From positions 37,326,001-37,390,000 of the forward strand of contig NC_058368.1 of assembly GCF_018350175.1 (NCBI RefSeq): DNA of 64,000 nt, in the 5' to 3' direction. The notes beneath the pieces were generated by a model. That model was not told the origin of the DNA, searched no databases, and worked only from the letters and a program-made list of their open reading frames with translations. Positions within the stretch are counted from its first letter, which is position 1; every line of letters starts with the position of its first letter. This document shows positions 27,681 through 37,421 of the stretch, piece after piece. The stretch comes from Felis catus. Lineage: Eukaryota. A program made the translations under genes and the position numbers.

Positions 27681-30407
27681 TCAAATATTAGAAATAGCCA
27701 CTGGTTTCCTCTCTCTCATATGCAAGTCGATTTTTCCTTTGAGTGGAATTTGTACTTCCAAATTTTCGTCTTCCCTGTGATGCTTTTTCCCTCTCCTTAA
27801 ACAGATGTATATGCCCATCCCTGTTACAAGTGTGATAGAACCCAAGCTTATTACAGACAGAGCTACTAAGGTAGGCACACAGGACACAGACTCGACTTTC
27901 CTGTGAGTTGGTTCTATGGAGATCTGTGGTTCTTTCTCCTCTATGTTAATTTCTGGTTCCTTTCTTAAAAGACTCTCAATGTAGCTCTCGTTACTGACAG
28001 TGTCGTTGACAAATAGATTCACCATGACCGTGGAGTGGAGAGGTTCGGGATAACCATGATCGCTCACTTTCACCAGTAAACGATGGAGTCCATAATCTGT
28101 CTGCAGCAATGCCTCTTCCAAAGTAATGTTGCCGGTTTTGGGGTCAATCCTAAAGGACTCGGGCCTAGGACCTCTTCTTCCTATGATGCTGTAAGCTATG
28201 ACAGCGTTCATGCCCGTGTCTTTGTCAACAGCATAGACCTCTGTGACTGGGGAGCCGGGCAGAGTAGAAGGCAGTACCAACAGGTAGGACATGTTAGATT
28301 GAGGGAACAGAACAAGAGGAGGGTTGTCATTGATATCTAGAAGGAGAATTGTGATTTTTGCAGTTGAAGAGAGGGCAGGCTCGCCCCCGTCAACAGCTTC
28401 GACCCACAAAGTATAGGAGCTCTGCTGCTCTCTGTCCAAAGAGACTTTGGCTCTCAGCATGCCCTTTCCTGTGTCTATGACAAAAATATCACTCTGGTTC
28501 ACCACCGAGAGGGCGACCCATCCATTTCGTCCAGCATCAGCATCTGTTACACTAATTACCCCAATTTCACCATATCCTGGAAAGTTTTCTGGCACAAAAA
28601 AGCTGAAGTCCTTGTTGATGAACCTAGGGCTGTTGTCATTTTTATCCAACACCGTGAGAGCCACAGTGGCTACTGATTCTCTGGGTGGCTTCCCAGAGTC
28701 AACAGCTCTGACTGTGTACCTGTACTTTTCTTTCTCTTCTCGGTCCAGCTGAGTAGAAACTGTCAGAATTCCTGTGACACTGTCTAAGGAAAAATACGAT
28801 GGGGCATCAGGTCCCAGAAAATAGGAAACCTGGCCTCTCTCTCCACTGTCAGCATCTGTAGCATAGAGCTTAGTCAAAAAGGCATTGGGTGCGTTGTTTT
28901 CTTCAATAGTTAGTTCCAGCAAGGGTTGCAGGAAAATAGGGGCATTGTCATTGTCATCTAAAAGTTGCACTTTAATAATTTTTTTGACATGAAATCCCTC
29001 AGAGTTCCAGGCCACCACAGCTATTTCGTAGAACTGCTGTAGCTCATAGTCCATAAGTTTTGTGGTTTCCAGCAAATATTCGTTACTGTATGGTTTGTAA
29101 GGTGATAACCGAAATGGCCCTTCACCGTCCAGGTAGCAGTTCACCTTGTATTTACCTTCTGGATCTCTTATGGTGAAGAATGCAATTGGAGTGTTAATAG
29201 GCTCCAGTTCTTTCAGGTAAACAATACCATCCACCTCATTTGCTATATAACGAGGCACAATTTCAGGTGGTCTGAAAATGACTTTGATAATGGTCACCAG
29301 GGCCGTGGTCACAGCGGGGATGCAACCTGGCCCGTTGGCAAGGATGGTGAGCTTGTGCGTTTGCAGAACACTCCCCCCGATCTTACTGAAAAGTTTAATG
29401 ACTCCGGTGGTTTCATCCAGATGGAATAAATCCTTGGATGCCTGTGGAACTTTCTGGCTGTACGAGTAAGTGATCTGAGCATTGGTTCCCAAGTCTCTAT
29501 CCACAGCCTGGACAGCTGCAACCGGTGTGCCCACTGTAGCATTCCCAAACACAGTGACATTGATTTGTGAGTCTGCGAAGAGAGGGCAATTGTCATTAAT
29601 GTCAGTTATGCCAATGGTGAGGGTGGCGCTGCCCAGCAGTGGTGGGGACCCACCATCCTCTGCTATGATGATGCTCACATACTGGTCCTGGGTCTCCCTG
29701 TCCAGTAGTCCCATGACAATTAGATAGGGAGTGCGCTCCCCATTCTCATTCTCCTCCACATCCAGGGTGAACATGCGATGGTAGTCCAGCAAACGGTAGG
29801 TCTGCACCCCATTCGTGCCTATATCTGGGTCCATGGCAGGGTGCTCTATGGCCAGCCGGGTGTTTACAGGTGCGTTTTCTGGCACCCAAACTGAGATTTG
29901 GGAAACGGGGAACTGTGGGGCATTGTCATTAATGTCCCGGATTGCGATTTTCACCTTCACAAACCGAAAGTACTCCTGAGGCAGGACCAGTACGTCCAGA
30001 AGCAAAAGACAAGAGTCAGAGGAAGGAGAGGAGGAGATGGAAATGCTGCCGCCCCAGGCACCTCCTCCACCTCCTTCTAGACACAGGGCCTCCCGGTCGA
30101 TCTCCTGGTCAGAAGTGTGCAGCTCCCCGGAGCGGTTGTCTAGGGTCACGTACTGGCCACTCAGTCCCCGGGAAGCCAGGCTGAAGGAGAGAGGGGGGCT
30201 CCGCTCAGCCAGGGTGCGCTCAGGCAGCTGCGGCAGCTGGTTCTGCCTCCCGGCGGCTCGGGGCACCAGCCGCAGGTCCTCGGCCAGGCTGCCGATGAGC
30301 ACCCCCGCCGGCAGTCCCTCGTTCAGGCTGTACAGAAGCTCCGTGGCCCGGCTGTAACTTGCGAGGCAGTTGAAGGGTCCCACGAAGAGGAAAAACAGAA
30401 AGAGATG
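27681..30407 (-). CDS. PCDH20: Protocadherin-20, coding exon 2 (908 aa + stop): signal-peptide hydrophobic core, cadherin repeats, TM helix, short cytoplasmic tail
   Basis: ORF 27681..30383 extends 8 codons upstream (HLFLFFLF) to a pyrimidine-tract/CAG acceptor at 30408-30410. It has repeated cadherin motifs (PEN, LDRE, AxDxG, DxNDNxP), a TM segment PTLVALSVISLGSITLVTGMGIYICL and a C-terminus ...LHMRERKPVAISNI that match mammalian PCDH20 as I recall it. Confidence 0.97.
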   Translation of the reverse strand, partial: HLFLFFLFVGPFNCLASYSRATELLYSLNEGLPAGVLIGSLAEDLRLVPRAAGRQNQLPQLPERTLAERSPPLSFSLASRGLSGQYVTLDNRSGELHTSDQEIDREALCLEGGGGGAWGGSISISSSPSSDSCLLLLDVLVLPQEYFRFVKVKIAIRDINDNAPQFPVSQISVWVPENAPVNTRLAIEHPAMDPDIGTNGVQTYRLLDYHRMFTLDVEENENGERTPYLIVMGLLDRETQDQYVSIIIAEDGGSPPLLGSATLTIGITDINDNCPLFADSQINVTVFGNATVGTPVAAVQAVDRDLGTNAQITYSYSQKVPQASKDLFHLDETTGVIKLFSKIGGSVLQTHKLTILANGPGCIPAVTTALVTIIKVIFRPPEIVPRYIANEVDGIVYLKELEPINTPIAFFTIRDPEGKYKVNCYLDGEGPFRLSPYKPYSNEYLLETTKLMDYELQQFYEIAVVAWNSEGFHVKKIIKVQLLDDNDNAPIFLQPLLELTIEENNAPNAFLTKLYATDADSGERGQVSYFLGPDAPSYFSLDSVTGILTVSTQLDREEKEKYRYTVRAVDSGKPPRESVATVALTVLDKNDNSPRFINKDFSFFVPENFPGYGEIGVISVTDADAGRNGWVALSVVNQSDIFVIDTGKGMLRAKVSLDREQQSSYTLWVEAVDGGEPALSSTAKITILLLDINDNPPLVLFPQSNMSYLLVLPSTLPGSPVTEVYAVDKDTGMNAVIAYSIIGRRGPRPESFRIDPKTGNITLEEALLQTDYGLHRLLVKVSDHGYPEPLHSTVMVNLFVNDTVSNESYIESLLRKEPEINIEEKEPQISIEPTHRKVESVSCVPTLVALSVISLGSITLVTGMGIYICLRRGKKHHREDENLEVQIPLKGKIDLHMRERKPVAISNI

Positions 30408-31444
30408 CTGAAAGTGGGGGGGAGGGGAGAAGGCTCGTTACACACACGCGGGAACACGGAGATTGGAGTCAGAAACCAGTGTCACGGGGTCATATTTGCC
30501 CCCATCCCCGTTCCCAAAGGCAAACCCTCTAGTCGGAGAGGGATGGAGAGGAAACTTGCTGTAAAGGAGATCTTTGGGGCAACATTGTCGCCAAAACTTA
30601 ATGTTTCTGTTCAGTTTCTGCAACCCCCCCCCTTTCCCCCGCTCCCCATCAGCACCCTCATTGAGTTAATAATCGGAATCCCAAGCCATAAAGCATCCCT
30701 GGAAACACGCGGCCGAGTGGAGAGGACTCCGCTCAGGGACTGCGCAACGCCGCAGGGAAACCACCAGGGTAGGCTATGGAGAGGGAGAAGGTTGGTAGTG
30801 GAGAGGAATGAGCGATGATGGGCGATTCATCAATTTATTTCCCATTGAAATGTTTCTACCACTAAGGTCCCCGGAACGCGAAATGTGCTACATCCCTTTT
30901 TGTGAGACCACCGCTGCCAACAACAATATCAATAATAATACGGGAAACATAGTGACACGTTTCCTTCGGACCCCCCCCCCCCCAATTAAATAAACACTTT
31001 GGGTCAGAGAAGTGGTTTTCATTTTAGCTCTCATCTATCAGACCGAAAGGACCTGGATCTCCACCTACTATTAAGCCCTCACTAATCCCCCTCCCCTAAG
31101 GGAAGAGTAGGAAAGGCGGAAAATGCTTACGCAAAAACAATTTGTCAATTACAGCGGCCAGTGCTAGCAGGTGCCGGCAGCAGGACACAATCTCCGCACC
31201 CCTGTGTCTCAAGCCGATAACCCCCTCCCCCCACCTCATCTGCCTACATTCCTATTTCAGAAACTTCCTCTCCCGACCCAAGGACTAGCCGATTCCTTGC
31301 TAAAATGAAGACACCTTATCCCAAACTCCCTTTCCCTCCCCCAACCTTCCCGTGAAGTTTGGATTAAGGTAAAAGGTTCGAAAAACCGTCAAGGAGTAGG
31401 AACTGCCTCACAGCACCGCAACTTGTCTGGACCCCAACCCTTAC
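30408..31444 (-). other. PCDH20: PCDH20 intron (1037 nt, GT-AG)
   Basis: Minus strand begins GTAAGG (plus ccttac 31439-31444) and ends C-rich tract TTTCAG (plus ctgaaag 30408-30414). Confidence 0.92.
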
Positions 31445-32240
31445 CGGCAGGCTTCTGTGGCTGGTGCTGCTCCTGGGACGACTTAGACGCCCCATATCCA
31501 GGCGCGGGTGCCAGGTCGCCGGGCGCCAGCTCACTGCCAGGGCCCGCGAGCTGCGCGCATTCCCTCGGCCGCGCATTCCCAGGGAGGCTGCAGTCAGCGC
31601 GCTCCTGACGGGAGGGCGGCAGAAGACACTCCCTCTCTGTTCATGCAAATCGCTGGGGAACTTCAGCCAATAGTCACTGGCTCGTCAATTAAGGATGGGG
31701 GCGAAAGGGAGGCGGGAAGGCGCGGGGCTGAAGGGCACGGTCATGGTTTCCTTCCCAGGACGTGGGTGAGTCCGGACCCCGCCGGAGGAGCCGGAACGGG
31801 GGGACTTGCCTCTCAAGACTGCGACGTGGCGCCACCCGGTCTGGCCCCGGAGCGCGTGCCCACCAGATCTCCCTCCTCGCCGCACCAGTCACAGCTCAAG
31901 TCCACAGGTTGCGAGCACGACAGGGCGAATTAGCATAAATAAATAAATAAGCCTGCTTCTGTATATCTGGATAGAGAGAGCGAGGAAGTCGGCGCTACAG
32001 AGCAGCCACAGGCGCGAGCCCCAAACGCTTGCTTCTGCCACCAGTTCTTCGGAGAGACTTGGATCAGGCGGTGTTTGCAACAGAGAGAGAAAACCCGCTC
32101 TTCTCTGCGGAGGGAAGGAATCCCAAACTCTTCCTAAGGTGGTCTGAGCCTGAAAAGCAAACCTATGAATTCGGTGAGGGATTTGACCTGCTCTAATTTT
32201 GAAGCTTCGCCGTTGGTGGCCAGTTTCCTAGTTGTACGCG
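31100..32240. promoter_or_regulatory. CpG island / PCDH20 promoter and 5' region
   Basis: Sharp rise in GC and CpG versus flanks; octamer ATGCAAAT 31643-31650, AGCCAAT box 31665-31671, GC-box-like GGAGGCGGG near 31708. Confidence 0.85.
31445..31576 (-). CDS. PCDH20: Protocadherin-20, coding exon 1 (44 aa, MRGRGNARSS...TSHRSLP)
   Basis: ATG at 31576; 132 nt ending CCG|GTAAGG donor; phase 0 join to exon 2 gives ...SLP-HLFLFFLFVGPF, matching the recalled PCDH20 N-terminus; total 952 aa. Confidence 0.93.
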
Positions 32241-34819
32241 CCAGGGTCTCTGGGTGTCTTCCTTGTGGTCCTACTTTAGAGGCAGTTGTGGCTTCTGGCT
32301 AGGGGAAGAGCCAAGGGGGGGAGTGGAAACAATTGTGTGGTAGCACAAGTAGTTCTGCCTGTAAGTAATTTGAACATACTTCTCTCGGGGTGAATTTTCT
32401 TTTTTCACTCACTGAAGCTTAGGTAAAAAAAAAAAAAAAAAAAGTTACTTTTCAAATTATCACTCCCCCCCCACCCCCCCTTGGAATACTTCTTGGGAAA
32501 GCAGGCCTTTAGAAAGGAATCCTGGAGGAGTGTGGTGCAAAAATGCTTGGACATTTCCTCGGACTCTCACACTCAAGGGCCATGTGACCTGTTTCTTCAT
32601 GTATAAAATCAGGGCTGGTGAGAGACTCCAACGCATTAAGTCTCTGAAACACTTTCTGATCTGCAGGGTGCCATATAAATAATGGAAAAGACCATTGGTC
32701 TTTCCCTGCGTAGACATTTCTCTTCATCACTGGGTTTCCAGATAGCCTGTGCACTGCCCTGAACATAAAATCCTCCCCACTGAATATTTAGTGACTGAGC
32801 CCAGAATACAAAAATCTTCCTCCTGGGTCAGAGAAAGATCTAACATCCCTGTGCTTTCCATAGGCACCACTTTAATCTTCCTATTCTCCCTTATACTAAC
32901 TAGAATATAAATTGGTTGGCTGAACTGATTGTTTTGGTCTTTCCTCTTTTCTCTTCATCCCGACTAATTCTAGAGACACGGAGTCCTAAATATTGACAAC
33001 ACACTACATCAAAACACCTGGTGTATGTAAGTTTCTTATTGCGCAATAGGACCATACAGAGTGCACAAACAGAATCCCTTATAATACATATCTGGCGTAT
33101 GCTAGGGATCTGGTTTACAAAATTAGCTCCCTGAAGCTCTTTAGAATGAAAATTGAGGGGGAGTAAAGTGGTGAACACACGGGAATGTGTTCAGGTGGGT
33201 GTGAGGCCACTATACAGCTGATAAACAAAGTACCGTCAGAGAAGTATGATTTGTCTGTCCTTACCTCTTCAGCTGCTAATTCTGCCCTACCGCTGACCTT
33301 TTACCATAATTGGTAAATATTTACTCACGGATCTGTAGTTGAAACATGTCCGATTCCAAAAATCAGTACCAAGCTGCCTCTGAAATGTGTTTAATTTACG
33401 TCTTCACACCTTACCCACAGCTTCCGGAAGTTTGGGGCACATGGCTAGAATCAGGCAATATGTCAGCCGTCAGAGTACATGTAGGCTGGACCCACAGTCG
33501 GAATTAATTTTACATCTGTACAGATGGCAACAGTGGTAGACTGTGTATCCCCCTTACAGTTCATGCCCTCTCCAACAGGTTAAAATCACTCACTTTTTTT
33601 TTTTTTTTTTTTTTTTTTGGTGAAAATATGGGAATCTCTTTCCTTAATTTGTCCCTTGTTTACAATGACACCACACGGGAGCTGTAGTTTATGGAGATAA
33701 TTCTATGGAAGGGACACTGCCTCTTTGTATTTATTTTGTTGACTGTCTTTAAGCTCCTTGGACTCTGTCTGTGGACTCTGAAACTCTTTCTTTTTCTACA
33801 GTGGATAGTTTTGGCACAGATGCACCATTTTCAAGTGTCCCCCACACCACATCACGGCAGAATTTTGGTCTCCTGACTATACCATCCAGCTGCTTTCTAT
33901 AGAAAAGGTTAGTGCGCCTCTTCTGCTTCATTAAGTAGGCAAGAAATTAAATCTGTGTATTCTATAATACGTAGATTTAGCAATAGTTTTGCTAGAGTGT
34001 TTCTAAAAAGCATGACCAAATGAACTATAATGTAAGTTGAAACATAGAAGTTAAACATTCTGGAGATAACGTTTGGAATGTCAGTAATAACCCCTATTGC
34101 TTTGTGATGGCAAAGTCCCTGGATGGAAGTTTGTCATCAAAACTGGAAGACCTGGGCACAATTTGAGGTAAAACTTTCCTGTCACAGTCCCAGCTGTTAA
34201 CTGAGCTACTTGTTACTGTGTCTCCTTTTTGAAGATCTAAGCAGAGGTTTCATGCAGTTTTACACTGAATGAAAGAAGACCAAATACCCCTCTTTCTTCT
34301 CCTGTGCCTTCATCCTGGGTACAGTGAAAGCATTCCCACCCTCCTGTTCCTTATGATGCCAGCCCTGTGACCTACCATCTGGTGTCACATATTTCTTTCT
34401 AAAGATGACTTAGGGAGCTTATGCTATTACTCCCTTGAAAAATAATACTTATGAACTTCTCAGATGTCTCAATTGCTCTGGGCCTGCTTCCCAGGTGTTT
34501 TGTAAAAATTGATCTAGAAGAATAGTTAGATTATATGCCTCCTGAGCCTATTTTTTTCTATAGACAAGGAAAACAATTTGATACAATAGATGGCACACTG
34601 AGCAGAGCCAGGAAATTTGGATTCCATTTTCTGGGTTGTTGCTCGGTTACTGTGTGACTTTAGGTAAGTTATCACACTTCTCTGTTTCAATTTCCTATAA
34701 ATACACTCCTATACACTACATGGACTAATAAGCATTAAATGGATTACCTAATATCTGTCATTAATAGATACTGGCTAATGAGGCACAGGTAATTTGAGTA
34801 TTGCTTACTGCGTTTGCAA

Positions 34820-35620
34820 AGTTTAATTATTGATTAATATTCATAATTAATAATAAATAATATTACAAGTAATATAATTAATAATTACTATAATAAATAA
34901 GTGTAATAATTAATATAATGATAATTAGTAAAATGATAAATGTTAATTAATATTAATAATAATTTCCATTTACTGCAAGGCTCCTCCCATTGCAGTCTGA
35001 TCTCTTTATAAGGGGTGAACATGCTTAAGGTGTCTATCAGGATACCATCTTCAAACTTTGTACATCTATCAGACATACCCTAAACTTTAAAAATATTTGG
35101 AGTGTTTTGTTTTCCAGGCAGCTTTTATATCGAACCATTTAACATATTTTAATAACAGTATAGTATTCACAAAGGTTCATGGAATTAATATGTACACTGA
35201 TATTTAAACCTATTTTGAACCATAGTCCTATAAATGTTCTAATTAATTCAGGATTGTAAATAAGTATACATTTAGAATATGACCTTATTTTAAGAATATT
35301 ACATTTTTGCTTATTAATATATGAAATGAGAAGCCCTTTAGATGATTTAGATATATGCATGTAAACATATAATGTATATATTATGTATATGTAAATGTAA
35401 ATAGTGTAAAATATAGGACATATAACATAAATATGGTATAATATAAAATAATTACAATATGTATTTATAATTAAATATAATTATAATAATGAAATATATA
35501 TTTATATAATGTTTTTAAATTAAGTATGTATTTATATAATACATATTTTAAAGTCTATTATTTTATAAATATAAATTATATATTTATACACATTACATAA
35601 TATGTATAAATGGAATGTAT
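34820..35620. repeat. AT-rich low-complexity tracts (34820-34965 and 35340-35620)
   Basis: Nearly pure A/T degenerate (TAA)/(TA) sequence. Confidence 0.8.
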
Positions 35621-35935
35621 GTGTATACAGACACACATTCTTTTTCTAATGAACAATCAAGATTGAGATATGATCACATTTATAAAGCGAATACAATATT
35701 TGAAAAATACTAAAATTGACCAACTACTGAGTATCAGTTATGTTTTGAACATGCTATCTATTTGGTTGCTCCTGAAACAGTTTTTAAATGTAGGTATTAT
35801 TAGTTCAGTTTTACAGCCATAAATTACATGTCTATCAATATCTATGGCTCCAATCTGTGGCCTCCAAAGCAAATGGTCTTTCTACTCACCAGAATGGATG
35901 GATCTAGGCCCTGTATATATTTAAATGTATTGCAA

Positions 35936-36136
35936 GGAGTGCTTCGGTGGCTCAATTGGTTAAGTGTCTGACTCTTAATTTTGGTTCAGGTCATGGTTTC
36001 ACGGTCTGGGATGCAGCCCCCAACCCCAACCCCCCCACGTTGGGCTCTGCACTGACAATGTGGAGTCTGCTTAGGATTCTCTCTTTCCCTCTCTTTCTGC
36101 CCCTCCCTCTACTCTCTCTCTCTTTCACTCACTCTC

Positions 36137-36175
<39 letters not shown>

Positions 36176-36176
36176 A
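35936..36176 (+). mobile_element. Can-SINE with (TAAA)n tail
   Basis: ggtggctcaattggttaagtgtctgactctt head; (TAAA)n 36138-36176. Confidence 0.9.
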
Positions 36177-36718
36177 TGTTTTTCAAGCCAACAAATGTTT
36201 ATCACTGATCTATAGTAAGAAAAACACTGTCAGCCTAGATTGGCTATATGATGCCTTTATGAAGTAAAAACCTCTTTAGTCAGTTGCTATGTCCTAAACA
36301 GATACTCATACAGAAACACAAATTCCTCTGTGTTTGGCCAGCTTTACTCTTAAGATTTGTAGACTTAGAATATATTATGTGAGCATATTTATTGTGTATA
36401 CTTGAAAGTCCTGCAAAGTTCCAAGTAATTATATTACTTAGATGCATTGCCTAGTTAACCCTCATTTTATATATTAGTTGAGAGCAAGAGAGATGGTGCA
36501 TAACTAATTCAAAGTTTAGAAGTACTCCTATTTCATGGAATAGTAGATTTTGGCCTCAGGAATGTATCTGATATTAGAGGCTAACTATGACAAAAACAGT
36601 TATTTTCATACCTTCTATGCCTTCCTAAAGCTTTAACCTCAAACATTGCCATCAATACCAGTTAGTTACTTCATATTTTATTTTTCAAATTCACAAGTAT
36701 TTTTAAGAATCAGTACTA

Positions 36719-37421
36719 CAGTAGTTCCCCCTTATCTTCAGGGCATAATGTTCTAAGACCTCCAGTGGATGCCTAAAACCACACATAGTACTGAACGCTG
36801 TTTTTCCTATACATATATACCAATGTTAAAACTTAATTATTTTTAAGTTTATTTATTTTTGGAGAGAGAGAGAGACAGACAGAGAGCAGAACAGAGAGAG
36901 AGGGAAACAGAGAATCCCAAGCAGGCTCTGCACAGTCAGCACAGAGCCCAATGCAGGGCTAGAACCCATGAACTGTGAACTTGTGACCTGAGCCAAAATC
37001 AAGAGTCAGGTACTTAACTGACTGAGCCACTCAGGCACCCTGAAAGCTTAATTTATAAATTAGGTGCCATAAGAGATTAACAACAACTAGCAATAAAGTA
37101 GAACAATCACAGTAATATACTGTAATAAAAGTTATGTGAATGTGGCTTTCCTCTCTCCCTCTCTCAAAATATCTTACCGTATTGTACTCATCTTTCTTGT
37201 GATGATGTGAGATAATAAAATGCCTGCATGATGAGATGAAGGGAGGGGAATGATGTAGGCACTGTGACCAGCATTAGGCTACTATTGTCTTTCTGACAGC
37301 GCTGCGGGAAGGAGAATCATCTGCTTCCGGATTACATTACGGTTGCCCCGGTGTGTGTGTGTGGGGGGGGGGGTAACTAAAACCCCTGGAAGCAAAACAG
37401 AGGAAAAGGAGGGGATGACTG
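36719..37421. mobile_element. MER44-like (TcMar-Tigger) non-autonomous DNA transposon, interrupted by a SINE
   Basis: Left end cagtagttcccccttatc, right end ggaggggatgactg, TA dinucleotide on both flanks (36717-36718, 37422-37423). Confidence 0.8.
36840..37040 (-). mobile_element. Can-SINE nested in MER44-like element
   Basis: Typical body; flanks aaa(a/g)cttaatt. Confidence 0.9.

Noticed and set aside
30381..30383. ORF-track start of the 900-aa protein
   Set aside because: It is a GTG (Val) codon inside exon 2; the frame continues to the splice acceptor at 30408 and the start lies in exon 1.
30647..30775. Possible REST (TCAGCACC) and CTCF (CCACCAGGGT) sites in the intron
   Set aside because: Only half or partial matches; the second halves of the consensus are missing.
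28083..30818. Several plus-strand and alternative-frame ORFs of 60-137 aa
   Set aside because: Shadows of the GC-rich PCDH20 CDS and intron; no independent coding signal.
31364..31648. 94-aa ORF as a separate gene
   Set aside because: It is PCDH20 exon 1 preceded by a TTG-started 5' extension and read through into the intron.
31423..32080. Pro/Arg/Gly-rich ORFs in the CpG island
   Set aside because: Expected from stop-codon scarcity in GC-rich DNA; no recognisable domains.
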